A stretch of 63,792 nt of DNA, filler included, from Octopus bimaculoides (Eukaryota), in assembly GCF_001194135.2 (NCBI RefSeq). It is 5 parts of 4 records of this genome, joined end to end, with 100 filler letters (N's around TTAATTAATTAA, not from the genome) between each part and the next. Parts side by side here need not be neighbours in the genome. Positions count along the whole stretch, not along the records: positions 21,340 to 36,736 come from NC_068983.1; positions 36,837 to 55,017 come from NC_068981.1; 3 more parts are not named here. The stretch is one strand, 5' to 3'. Positions 35,400 to 46,985 of the stretch are shown piece after piece (position 1 is the first letter of the stretch; each line of letters begins with the position of its first letter). A program made the position numbers and the translations under genes. The notes beneath the pieces were generated by a model, which ran no database searches, had not been told where the DNA came from, and saw only the letters and a list, made by a program, of their open reading frames with translations.

Positions 35400-35710
35400 G
35401 AATGGTATTCAATGGTATGCAATGGTAGTCCTAGAAAGACGGCTCTCCAATTTCTTGGTGAGTTACCTGCACAAACGATTTGTTTGTAGTCATCAAATGA
35501 GTATGTTCTACATTAGCTCACTTTTCCAGGAAATCGACGATGCGCGTACAGATGCATGGTGTACCGCACATCAGGTGTCTAAGTGATCGCAAATCAAGGT
35601 CGGATGAAGTGATCTGTTCAAGAATGCAACAGGCGATCCGGTTCAGGATTTGAAACCACGATTCCCGCGATCGTGAGTAGACCATCCTAACCACTAGGCC
35701 ATGCGTGTTT
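35400..35710 (-). mobile_element. tRNA-derived SINE, degenerate
   Basis: Minus head GCATGGCCTAGTGGTTAGGATGG...GTGGTTTCAAATCCTG, then TTGCATTCTTGAACAGATCACTTCAT. Confidence 0.6.
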
Positions 35711-35714
35711 TTTT

Positions 35715-35750
<36 letters not shown>

Positions 35751-36392
35751 GGCAATAAGAAAATGGAGGGGATCAAGAGGTGGTATTCATCAACTTTTAG
35801 ACATTATATTATGTCTATTTATTTATTTTTTAAAAAGCAATTATAATAATATACATACATGTAAAACAGATTATGCTTTACATATTTAAAAATACCAGTA
35901 ATTATCAAAATATATTACGTAGAATATAGAAAGTTTCTTACAGCTGTTTCAACCAAGAGGTCACAGTACCCCACTTTCCTTCAATCCCTTCAGTGAACTG
36001 AAGTATTTGGTAAATAAAACTAATGTACTTGGGTGTGCCTCTGGGCTTCGTCAGAGAGTTTGCAAAGTTCATAATGTAAGTTATAAATATAAATACATAT
36101 ATGCAGACTTTTACATATACATATATATACATAAATATACATAAATACATATCCATATATTTATATATATATATATGTATATGCATACAACGGAATCAAT
36201 TATTATTATTATTAAGTGTATTATATTATTCTTATTAGATAAAGTATAAACAGAAGAAAGAGAAAATTGTCAAAAAAGAAATAATAGTGAAATTTAAATA
36301 ATCAATCTCGCTTAAGAGTATTGTAGTTTTGTAGGAATGAAAGGGTATATAAATGAGGAACATACACACAAACAAACACACACACATATATA

Positions 36393-36671
36393 TAAAGAAT
36401 AAAACGTTTTGAATGGTACAACAATGCACTATAACACAAAAAATGGACTATATACCTGTCGTAATTTAGTTATCTATAGTCCGGTGATATTTCGGAATAA
36501 AATTCCTTCTTCGGATAGTCTTAGATGCAGCGACTCCATCTAAGAATATCCGAAGAAGGAATTGTATTCCGAAATACCATCGTACTGTAGATAACTAAAT
36601 TACAACAGGTATATAGTCCATTTTTTGTATTATAGTGCATTGTTGTACCGTTCAAAACATTTTATTCTTTA
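36393..36671. repeat. 279-bp fold-back palindrome (135-bp arms, 9-nt loop)
   Basis: 36393-36527 versus reverse complement of 36537-36671: 10 mismatches, no indels by manual count. Confidence 0.95.
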
Positions 36672-36981
36672 CAAACAATACACAATGCTTCAAGCAAACT
36701 ACAATATTGTCGTTTATATATATATATATATATATANNNNNNNNNNNNNNNNNNNNNNNNNNNNNNNNNNNNNNNNNNNNTTAATTAATTAANNNNNNNN
36801 NNNNNNNNNNNNNNNNNNNNNNNNNNNNNNNNNNNNGGGGTCGATAACTGATGAGGGTTGAGTGTGTCCTCATCCTCTATGTGTTTTTCTTGTTTGTCAT
36901 CTTTCTGTGCAACATTTTACTATTACTAATTAATGTAACGCCATGCAGTATTTTTTCTGTCCCCAAACACTTATACACACA

Positions 36982-37036
<55 letters not shown>

Positions 37037-37840
37037 ACACGCACGCACAAACTCATGCACACACACACACACGTGTGGCGTATCTTTTGTACCCAGGTGG
37101 ACTGAAAGGTTCGTAGGTTGACAATGGTGATTATATGGATTGCATTGCTTTAGATGCAAGCGATGGTTGGCAGGTATTTTTTTGTGTTGTGGTGGTTATA
37201 TTGTTCTTGCGAATGGTATTGATGTGGCTATTTAGTCTCAAGTAAATCTTCATTGATCTAAGATCAAATACATTCAACTTTTAAAATATACTACATGACA
37301 TTATGTATTATTCTAAATGGATTTGCTTATCTCCTTCATATTATATATTACTGTTATTGTTGGTGGTTGTGAAATATATACATACATGTATGCATACATA
37401 CATGCATACACACACATTCATATACATACATACATATATATATATATACATTATATTCATATGTGTATGCGTGTGAGTGTATGTGCAACGTGATGGTAGT
37501 TTTTCAAATCGTTAACTTTCAGGGAAGGTGGAGNNNNNNNNNNNNNNNNNNNNNNNNNNNNNNNNNNNNNNNNNNNNNNNNNNNNNNNNNNNNNNNNNNN
37601 NNNNNNNNNNNNNNNNNNNNNNNNNNNNNNNNNNNNNNNNNNNNNNNNNNNNNNNNNNNNNNNNNNNNNNNNNNNNNNNNNNNNNNNNNNNNNNNNNNNN
37701 NNNNNNNNNNNNNNNNNNNNNNNNNNNNNNNNNNNNNNNNNNNNNNNNNNNNNNNNNNNNNNNNNNNNNNNNNNNNNNNNNNNNNNNNNNNNNNNNNNNN
37801 NNNNNNNNNNNNNNNNNNNNNNNNNNNNNNNNNNNNNNNN

Positions 37841-37950
37841 GAGGAGCAGGAGGAGGATGTGGAGGAGCAGGAGGAGGTGGTGGTGGTGGTGGTGGTAGGT
37901 TGGAAGGAGGAGGCGAAGGAGGAGAGGAGCTGAGGAGGAAGAGGGGGAGG
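37841..37950. repeat. GGA/GGT-rich trinucleotide low-complexity tract
   Basis: Direct reading, abuts a gap. Confidence 0.85.
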
Positions 37951-38149
37951 AACAATAACTCAAGCCGCTATTCTGACTGGCATCGACAACGATCTAGTAT
38001 AGTTAATAGAAGGGACACAAAGGAAATGAAAATGTATATATCTTATTTATTTAAGTCTTAATAACAAGGGACACCGAAAATACAACCAGTTTTTACGACC
38101 AAACTTCAGCAAAACATAGCAAGGCATCGCTTCACATGTATAACGGTGG

Positions 38150-38780
38150 AAGTATGTTTGATAGAACTCATATGCTTCGGTTAATGTGAGTGGAGATATA
38201 GATAGAGTTGTAGCAAGTGTCACGACACCCCCTGCGACGACAGACTTAACCGAAGAAGTGAAGAGTGTTGCGACATTCTACACTCGAGGGAGAAGATATG
38301 GCACTGTGGAGGTGAGGTTTGCCACCGAAGAGGCAATAAATCACTCCATTGTGCCGTTGAGATCACAAAAATGGAGGCTCCTGTCGACCTATTGCGGCAA
38401 AAGTGTTGCAAGAATTAGGATTGGCAGGGTGCCACCTGAAATCGAAGAAGCGTGGCTGGTGGCAGCTCTGATGTACGGAACCAAAGAGGACGCAAAGTTA
38501 ATCCAAGTTGCAAGAACGAAGAAAATGAATTCTGGGGTTACGGCCTGGAAATGGCTATCCAGGACACCTAGCAAGACTTGAATGAAATAACAGAAGAGGT
38601 GCTGCTGCCTGAAGATACAAAGCTGAGAGTGGTGGTAGAGGGAAGATCACCCACCTGCTACCAATGTGGAGAAAAGGGGCACATTAAAATAAAGTGGCCC
38701 CAGATAAGTAATCAAACCACAGAGAACCAGGAAGTACAAAGTAGGAGTACCGTAACAACAGCCCGAACCCAAGAGGAGAG
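38150..38780 (+). mobile_element. LINE ORF1/gag-like remnant with zinc knuckle, frameshifted
   Basis: GRRYGTVEVRFATEE...RIRIGRVPPEIEEAWL and VVVEGRSPTCYQCGEKGHIKIKW (C-x2-C-x4-H-x4-C with last C changed to W), resembling L1/Tx1 ORF1. Confidence 0.7.
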
Positions 38781-39110
38781 TGTAGCGGACATTTGAGTGA
38801 AATTCCTCTCTCCCCCTTATTATATATATACGTACATTCGAACGTAGCAGGTAACAGCTAGCCTTTGGCTGCTCTTTGGACACTGTTATGTCCACTACTC
38901 TGATTGGTTGGTATTGGCGCAATTTGTATCTTACTCTGTCGCGCCAGTCTGCAGCGTATAACCAATCGGAACCCTAAATAAAATCACGTGAGACAGCCTA
39001 TTTTCAACCCAGTTTGAGCCTACAGCTCCTTATAAAAACCCAGCTACTCCTCGTCTCGATGTTGAAGCCAATAGCAATTTTATTGAATAAATTTACTCTT
39101 TAGTATTTCA
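38781..39110 (+). mobile_element. Candidate solo LTR
   Basis: Starts TGTAGCGG, ends TTTCA; CCAAT 38962, CACGTG 38985, TATAAAA 39031, AATAAA 39086 in LTR order; flanks AGAG/AGAT. Confidence 0.4.
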
Positions 39111-39314
39111 AGATATTTCCATGTAATTTTGATAAATATCTGTTAAAATGAGATGTCAGTATTATTTTCATTTTTCGTATTTTGGACAATTCGTTCACTA
39201 CACCCTGTGTATCTATAATGAGAGAGAGTGATCTAAAGAGATCTATGTGTGTTTCAGATATTCTCATGCATACATTCCTACGTGTATAAATACGAACACA
39301 CTTATATGCAAATA

Positions 39315-39325
39315 TGTGCGCGCGT

Positions 39326-39363
<38 letters not shown>

Positions 39364-39409
39364 TCATATACATTTATATCTTTTGTACTACTACTTGTTT
39401 GGATTTGTA

Positions 39410-39490
<81 letters not shown>

Positions 39491-39500
39491 TACACATTCA
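39315..39500. repeat. (CA)n and (TA)n microsatellites
   Basis: Direct reading. Confidence 0.9.
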
Positions 39501-40037
39501 TACATACTGCCATACATGCATACCAGACGCCATTCCATTCGCCTATTGGAAACTTGAGCTTCTAAATCACATCTCGTAAATTTTCTGTTCGCCATTACAT
39601 GTTTTTAAATAAATATTTCATGCAACTGAATTTTGTCACTTAACCCCAACGGCGGTAGTTTTATAGTGGGTTGAGTCGTATTGAGAAAGTTATTTTCAGA
39701 AGCTTAAATGCTAAAAGCAATCTAAATTTTCAATTCAAATACACTATGGCTTCACGTTTCATGCACGTCATAATTATGTAGCTTCTATCGTAGTTGTTGT
39801 CTGTTGACGATGATGTTTTTTTTTTGTTTTTATTGTTGACGGTGTTTCTGTTGTTGTTGTTGTTGTTATTTAGCCCCTGTTCAGCTCTGTTCGAGCAGAG
39901 CGGTGTCCAAAAGCCTACTGATTATAACCAACCTATATTTTTATAGGCACAGCGTATTGTTTTAAATTTGCTTAGCTCTAGAAACCAGAGTATGTAACCT
40001 GCAAGTTTCAATCTTTTTTCTGTGATGGTTTCGCTAA

Positions 40038-41715
40038 GTGCTAGACAAGAAGAAAGATTATATATGCAACTCGGTAATCAAAGAGAGCAATTTCAACGGA
40101 TTACCCAAAATCCACAAAAGCTCCGAAATACAAAGTGCCATAAATAAGCAGAAGAAACAGTACGTAAAAATATTAAGGCCTGCTGACCTCAAACTAAGAC
40201 CAATAGTTGCTGGACCTCAAGCGCCAACACAACAACTTATTTATTTTTTAGATATACTCCTAAAACCTTTGTTCCCTTTAATACCCAATTATGTACGGGA
40301 TGGCATAGATTTTCATCCAACACATCCCTTCCACTTTCGCAGAAGGTACTTTACTCGCAAGTTTTTATGTCACCAATCTTTATGCTAATATACCTCACAC
40401 TTTAGGCCTAGAAGTAATCAAACACTGGGTAGAGAAACATAGAGAACGGATAAATGAACGCTTCAAGACTGACTTCATCACCAAGGCCACACGCCTAGTA
40501 CGAGAAGAAAATGCCTTTAGATTCGACAATAAAACATATCGAGAGGTAAAAGGGCACGGCTATGGGTACGCGGTTTGCGCCCTCATATGCAAACTTAGTT
40601 ATGGAATACTTGGAAGAAAAACTTTATGAGGAAGTAGAAAAAGCTTTTGATCAGGAATACAAAAAATATATCATTAAAAAGTAGAAACGCTTCCTTGATG
40701 ATTGCTTCATCTTCTGGGACAAATCGAATGAAGATCTGAATATATTTAACAATATACTGTACACACTTCCCCCATCCATCAAATTCGTGACAGAATCCAT
40801 TCCTGAATATCCACATAAAAATACAGAACTCCACAGTCACAACAGGCATATTTTACAAAAAAACTGACACACCAATATTTAAATTTCTACTCCTGCCATC
40901 CATCACACATCAAAAGAAACATCCCATGGCAAGACGCATCTGTGCTATAGTGACTGACACCAAAATACGTGAAATCTCAACGGATTCAAAGGTTTCCTCA
41001 CAATGCAGAAATACTTCTTAGGATTAAATAATGAGGGAATTAAAAAGGCGATGAAACTGAACATTACCCAACTACAGACACCTAAGGAAAAAGTTAATGA
41101 AAACACGATTCCGTTCACTAACACACACAGTCCTGGAATAACCAACATTTTTCACGCCATAAAATCGAATTTACCTATACTCCTACAAAGCCCCAAAATG
41201 AAAACTCGGATTGACAAAAACACCTTACGGAATAGTAGACGCCAACCAAAAAATCTTAAAAAACACCTCACAAGGATAGCATTCAAATCAGAGAATGAAT
41301 CAGAATTCTTAGTAAAAGAATGTGGAGATAGGAGATGTGAAACATGCAACAATATCAACAACTTCAAATACTTGGAAAGTGGTTCCCACATAAAATTCAA
41401 GAGCGAATCCCTTTTCAAAATAAACGCAGATATGAACTGCAAAACGCAAAACCTCATACGCTGCATTACCTGTCCAAACTGCATAGAAAATTACATTGGT
41501 GAAACAATAATTCCCTCTGCCAACGTGCAAAAATCCACAGACAACATCTCCGACAAGAAGAATTACGCAAGATCCATTAAGTAAGCATCTGGAAATATGT
41601 GGCGACGGAAAATTCAAAATTTTCCCCTTTTACAAATGTGCACGGGAACTTTCGCAATACCAAAAAGCAATGGAACTACATTTCATCAAAAAATTCTCTC
41701 CAAAGTTGAATGTTT
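40038..41715 (+). mobile_element. Penelope-like element: reverse transcriptase + GIY-YIG endonuclease, with stops and frameshifts
   Basis: FNGLPKIHK, LRPIVAGP, GTAMGTRFAPSYANLVM, RFLDDCF, QYLNFYSCHPSHIKRNIP, KECGDRRCETC, NLIRCITCPNCIENYIGET. Confidence 0.92.
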
Positions 41716-41879
41716 GAAAGAAAAGCAAAGACAGTACGTTTTGTAATTGTTATACTAATGTTCTCTAACGCAAAATCATGGAATTGAAAGAGGCGTGATC
41801 GAAGTTACATAGTATAAACATGGATATATTTCCAACCACACACATAGACACACACAGAGACAGGTGGTGTAAACAACAA

Positions 41880-41995
41880 ATGGATGTATTAGTTTAACGC
41901 TCGGGAATAGAGAAAGTCTTTAACGTTTCAAGCTACGCTCTTCAACTGAAAGGAACACAGAAAGAAATAAGGAGAAAAACAAGGAGAAAAAAATA
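41880..41995 (-). mobile_element. Penelope-type terminal segment with degenerate minimal hammerhead motif
   Basis: Minus strand TTGAAGAGCGTAGCTTGAAACGTTA (canonical CTGANGA...GAAA-CG-UH). Confidence 0.4.
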
Positions 41996-42024
41996 AAAAT
42001 GTAGTGGTCAGCGATCTGTCATGG

Positions 42025-42185
42025 CTTGACAACCGACGCTGGTGTGTTTACGTCCCCGTAACTTAGCGGTTCGGCAAAAAGAGACTGATAGAATAAGTAC
42101 TAGGCTTACAAAGAATAAGAATTGGGGTCGATTTTCTCGACTAAAGGCGGTGCTCCAGAATGGCCGCAGTCAAATGACTGAAACA
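42025..42185 (+). mobile_element. Young family A SINE 3' body
   Basis: TTGACAACCGACGCTGGTGTGTTTACGTCCCCGTAACTTAGCGGTTCGGC...CAAATGACTGAAACA. Confidence 0.85.
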
Positions 42186-42479
42186 NNNNNNNNNNNNNNN
42201 NNNNNNNNNNNNNNNNNNNNNNNNNNNNNNNNNNNNNNNNNNNNNNNNNNNNNNNNNNNNNNNNNNNNNNNNNNNNNNNNNNNNNNNNNNNNNNNNNNNN
42301 NNNNNNNNNNNNNNNNNNNNNNNNNNNNNNNNNNNNNNNNNNNNNNNNNNNNNNNNNNNNNNNNNNNNNNNNNNNNNNNNNNNNNNNNNNNNNNNNNNNN
42401 NNNNNNNNNNNNNNNNNNNNNNNNNNNNNNNNNNNNNNNNNNNNNNNNNNNNNNATATATATATATATATATAAAACAA

Positions 42480-42800
42480 TAATAAATGAGTATATGCATA
42501 TATACGTACAGGTATGTCTACCTGTATATATCGGTGCATATCTGGGTACAGGACATTGCAAACAAAACGTAGACAAGAAAATAATAATAACCAGAGTACA
42601 GAAAACACACAAGCCACATAGAGAACATTTTCCTTCATCAGCTACCCCCGTTTTAACACCGGCGTTTCGGTATCGGTTAGTTGTCCATAAGTCCGAAAAA
42701 CACCATAAAAGAAGAATTTGAGCAATTATACTTTTATATTGTCGAGTAGTATATTCCTGGTCTTGGCATATAATCGGTCAGAAAGTTACAATCGTGTCTG
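42480..42800 (-). repeat. Dispersed repeat, possibly Penelope-derived, carrying GAAA...GTA-G-CTGATGA
   Basis: Shares sequence with 33665-33790; motif at 42635-42668 on the minus strand. Confidence 0.5.
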
Positions 42801-43649
42801 TTATTGCATTTTGCAATACATACGTACATATATTATAATTGTAAAAATATCAAGTTAATTACAATCCCAGAAATGTTCTCGGCGTAATCTTTTAAAGAAT
42901 GATAATTATATTTCAATATGCTTATTTAAATTGTACTACATGTGTTTTCGCTTACAAGCTTTAACATTGTATACGCAGACCTATTAGTTCTATTCGCGTG
43001 CATGCATCTATGTGAGTCTGTGTTGTGAGATGTTGCGAGTCCTTGTATTGATAAGGTGTTCATTCGTATACTTGAAACATTTTTCTTTTGTTAATCTAGC
43101 ATGTAGTGAGCTTAGTCTGTGCGCTAAACACATACCCGTGCGTGTGTGATAGAGAGGGAGGGAGGAGAGATAGAGAGACCCAGAGATAGCGACAGAGAGA
43201 AGTAAAGTTCCGTTAATATAAAAAGATGAACTGAATATTCTTTAGTTCACGGAGTAAGGAGTGTTGTTTGGCCCCAGATCAACACCAATAGAGCAGCTGT
43301 ATGGTGAAAGGTGTTCCAGATGTGACTGTTTCTTTTTATACATCTTGGAATACTTTATTTATTTCTAAGATGGTAAGTTGTAATTTTAGGAGATTTGACA
43401 ATAATTTCTACTGAATTGGGCGACCATGTAGAATTTTCAAACACGTGCCCTTGAGGCACATTTGAACCCTCTCCTCTAAACCACTCTGCCCTGCTGAACT
43501 CGTCCTCGTTTAAAATGCTCTTCCTTCTCCTCCTCGATTGATTTCTACCCACACTCAAGTGGAGTTGCCTTGAGTACTAAAATAGTACACAATTGCATCA
43601 GCTTTCTGTAGGCCACATTAAGACCCAATGTTTCTTTCAATTTACTGAG

Positions 43650-43960
43650 TAAACCTCTGTCTATACAGCCCTTACAACGATGGTAAAGTCAGTAACACCT
43701 CACTAATTGGAGATCAACTCATCTTTTTTATATCCTTTATCAATATTTTACACCTCACACAGGAATTCACATCCCCCTACTTTTAACACCTTCATCCACT
43801 TTCTAGACTTTTTGCTTCTATCTAAACCATGAAGTTATCCACCCTGGCCTGCTGCAAATCTACAAACTCTCATTCCTACCTCAACTTTTCTTCCTTACAT
43901 CCCACACACCCAATTTACCACCTTTTCCCTCAATTTCTCTGCATTACTTTATCACGCTGC
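43650..43960 (+). mobile_element. Old Penelope-like RT C-terminal fragment
   Basis: IHFLDFLL and KSTNSHSYLNFSSLHPTH resemble the PLE motif (Y.KPTDSH.YL.F.S.HP.H). Confidence 0.55.
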
Positions 43961-45229
43961 CCTCCACCAGCCCCAAGCCATCAGCTATATTGCCGCACTT
44001 TGCCCGGTTCTGCCTGTTCGCCGCTTCGATGCATACTTCAAAATAGAAATTCGTAAAGTGTGCACCCCTAATACTTATTGTTTTTTAATTTTCTTTTCCT
44101 TTTTGTTCTTTAGTAAGCTTTTATATTTTCCAATTCACTAGAATGAATGAAAAAATTCTGTTGTGATGTTATCATTCAACTGCTGTTTTACAGTCGTTCC
44201 CTAAGATATAACATGTTTCTACTATCTACTTCATGGTAAGACAGTACTTAAAATATAAAATAACCAATGCAAAGTAAATTAAAGGACGAAATTGTACTTA
44301 TCAGATGCAAATTAAAACACTTCTAAAGCAAGATGTGTTCCATTTTTATTAACCCACTCAAAATGTTCATATGTAACTCTGCATCCTTTGATGGGCTGAG
44401 CGCAAAAAGTGTTTCTAACAGGTTGCCTCTTTCTAACTCTTTACATATGACATTAAATGATAATTACAATAAAGTGGAACAAATAAAAAATGAATAAATG
44501 TTGCATGGGAAACTGTACAATTTCACACAAAGCAACTGAACGGCAAACTGTTACGTTGCCTGCCAGTTGAAAAACAAACCAAATTTTGTTAACGTTTGTT
44601 TTTGTTTTGCTTCTCGTGTTTCGTTTGTTTTGGAGGACAGTCTTTTTTTTTTTTCTTCTTTTGAAATGTTGGTAGTGAGTGCTACTACAAATTTCACATC
44701 GTAAAAATTTTTATTTCTTGATTTATCTCTGTTGAAAATGTCGACTAAGCGTGCACTGTACAGCACAACAGTCAGTTAAAACATAAAACAGAAAATGTCT
44801 AGCATTAAAAACTAAAACAGAAGTGTTACAGAGAGTTGATGACGAATATTGAACTATAAATATTATTCATTAGAAGAGCTCTCGTTCTGCAACCAGCAAA
44901 CTGTACGAATAATTCACTGCAATTCTGGAATAATTAAAGTTTATGCTCAAAACATAACATCATTCTACAAAATTAACTTTCCTGCAAAATTAACTAGGAA
45001 CAGAACCAGTATAGTGGAAAATACAAAAAGACTTTTAAGCATGGATGGAAGACATGCTTTAGTGTAACATTCCATCATCGCAACATATACAAATGGAAGT
45101 TTTCAATTTATTTGACGGTTTAAATAAATTTACTGCTGAAAGTAAAAACTTTGTTGTTAGTCGCGGCTAATTTGAGTCTTTCATAAATTGCTTATAGCTG
45201 TAGAAGATACATATTCCAGGTGACTATGT

Positions 45230-45472
45230 AACGACCGACCAAGAAGTTGCCACGGTATTTCCAGCTTTGCTGAAAAATATTACAAAAGAAGGATACACAG
45301 CGCATAAAAGTTTTTACCGAAAATAAGACAGGTCTGTTTTGGAATAGAACATCAAAATGAACTTGCGTTTCTGAAGCAAAAGCGCTTCAGCTGGCTTCAA
45401 AGCAGCTACAGATCTTATGGCTTTCTTTCAGTGTGTTAATACTTCAAGGAGTCTAAAACTTAAGCCACTCGT
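45230..45472 (+). mobile_element. Tigger/pogo DDE transposase remnant
   Basis: TTDQEVATVFPALLKNITKEGY, TGLFWNR, ASAGFKAATD...NTSRSLKLKPL align to the Tigger motif ETGLFWK...APGFKAAKDR...NASGD.KLKPL. Confidence 0.65.
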
Positions 45473-46329
45473 TTTTTTTTTATCAGTTTAGCGTAGACTG
45501 AGAAATATTGAGTGCATAACTTATCTATGAAAATATTATTGAATGTATCATCTTCCTTTCTGACACGTTTGCGTGTGGTTCTAGGAAGATTTGGCTGCTA
45601 TTTCTGGCTTGTTTGCCGATTGCTTTTTCAGTTAAATCAAATGATGCCTTTAAAACCATATACCAAATAAAGGTTTTACAAGAGTATATAACTGAGCAAA
45701 CTGTTCACATAAGTAACTTAGATAGACATAAACTCAAGCCTACTATTTATATCGGTTGATAATGGGACTATAGGAGTTTGAGGAGTTTTAGTAACGTAAA
45801 TATATAATTTTAAAATTTTGTAAATGTAATAGTTCATACAAACGAACTAAATTAATTTCCAGTGGAAAACTATATAATTAGACTCACCAGAAGCACACAC
45901 CCAACAGTGTAGGACTCATCACACTCTTTGTTGTTGTCGTTGTATCTGTTAATCTTGTTGCTGTTGTTATTTTAGACTCATGACAGCTTTAAACAAGTAA
46001 GCGTTTGATCATAAAGCATTCTAACCGTTCCCATCACATTTTCGCTCTATATAGTGTGCCAACATTATCCAATATGGCCTTTTTTTTTAAACACGATAGG
46101 ATGTGATATTTTGAAAATATGGCAGCTATTATTTCTAGCATATCGAATGACCACAGCAAGGCACCCGGCTTGACTCGTTGGTGTTTTCTCCTTCCTTGCT
46201 GTTATTTCCTTCCTTGCTGTTATTGTTTTATTTTCGTTGGCTTTGTTTTCTACCATGGTATACATTTGAAGGTTTCTTAATGAAGTTGAAATACCTGGCA
46301 CTTATAAGAATTTTAAATCGTTGACTTCC

Positions 46330-46985
46330 TGGGGGACTCAATGTCGTCTATCTTTGTGGTAAGAGAGAATATCTAAATTGTTGACCGCTTCACTTACTTC
46401 AACAGTGTGATCCATATCAGCATTAGCTGCCAGTCCGACTTGGATGGGTGGGTGCAGTTGCGTAGTCACTGCACAAGGATGTTTCGCGCTGTTGATATCT
46501 GAGCGAGAGGACAAAGGTTCGGGTCTTCAGGTCTGTCCCCCACCCACTGTCCTGCTTTACAGCTGCGAGACTTGGATACTGTCAGGAGCCCTTAGAGGTC
46601 CACCTGAACTCCTTTGGTACCAGGAAACTTCGCAGGATTGTGGATTACCATTGGTCGGATTTTGTATCCAACCAACGGCTATACTCAGAACCTGGGATGC
46701 ATCTTGTTACTTATGTGATTCAGGAGCATCAGTTAAGATTGTTTGGTCATGTTGCTCGATTTTCCTGCGTTTTGTGTTCTCTTCTATGAGAATCCGGCTG
46801 GGCTGGTGACTCGTGTTGGTCAATCATACGCTACATAGTCAAGGTGGACGAGGAAGTATCTCACGGAGATGGGGACTGACTGGAACACTGTTCGGAGGAT
46901 TGTCTGGGACGACCCGAGCAAATACTAACAAATGGTGGATGCAGGACCGATGCAACGGCGCATACCCCCATAACTGACGTGACTG
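46330..46985 (+). mobile_element. RTE-clade LINE 3' portion
   Basis: DRFTYF, VLLYSCETWILS, SFGTRKLRRIVDYHWSDFVSNQRL, HQLRLFGHVARF; ends ...CCCCATAACTGACGTGACTG. Confidence 0.8.
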
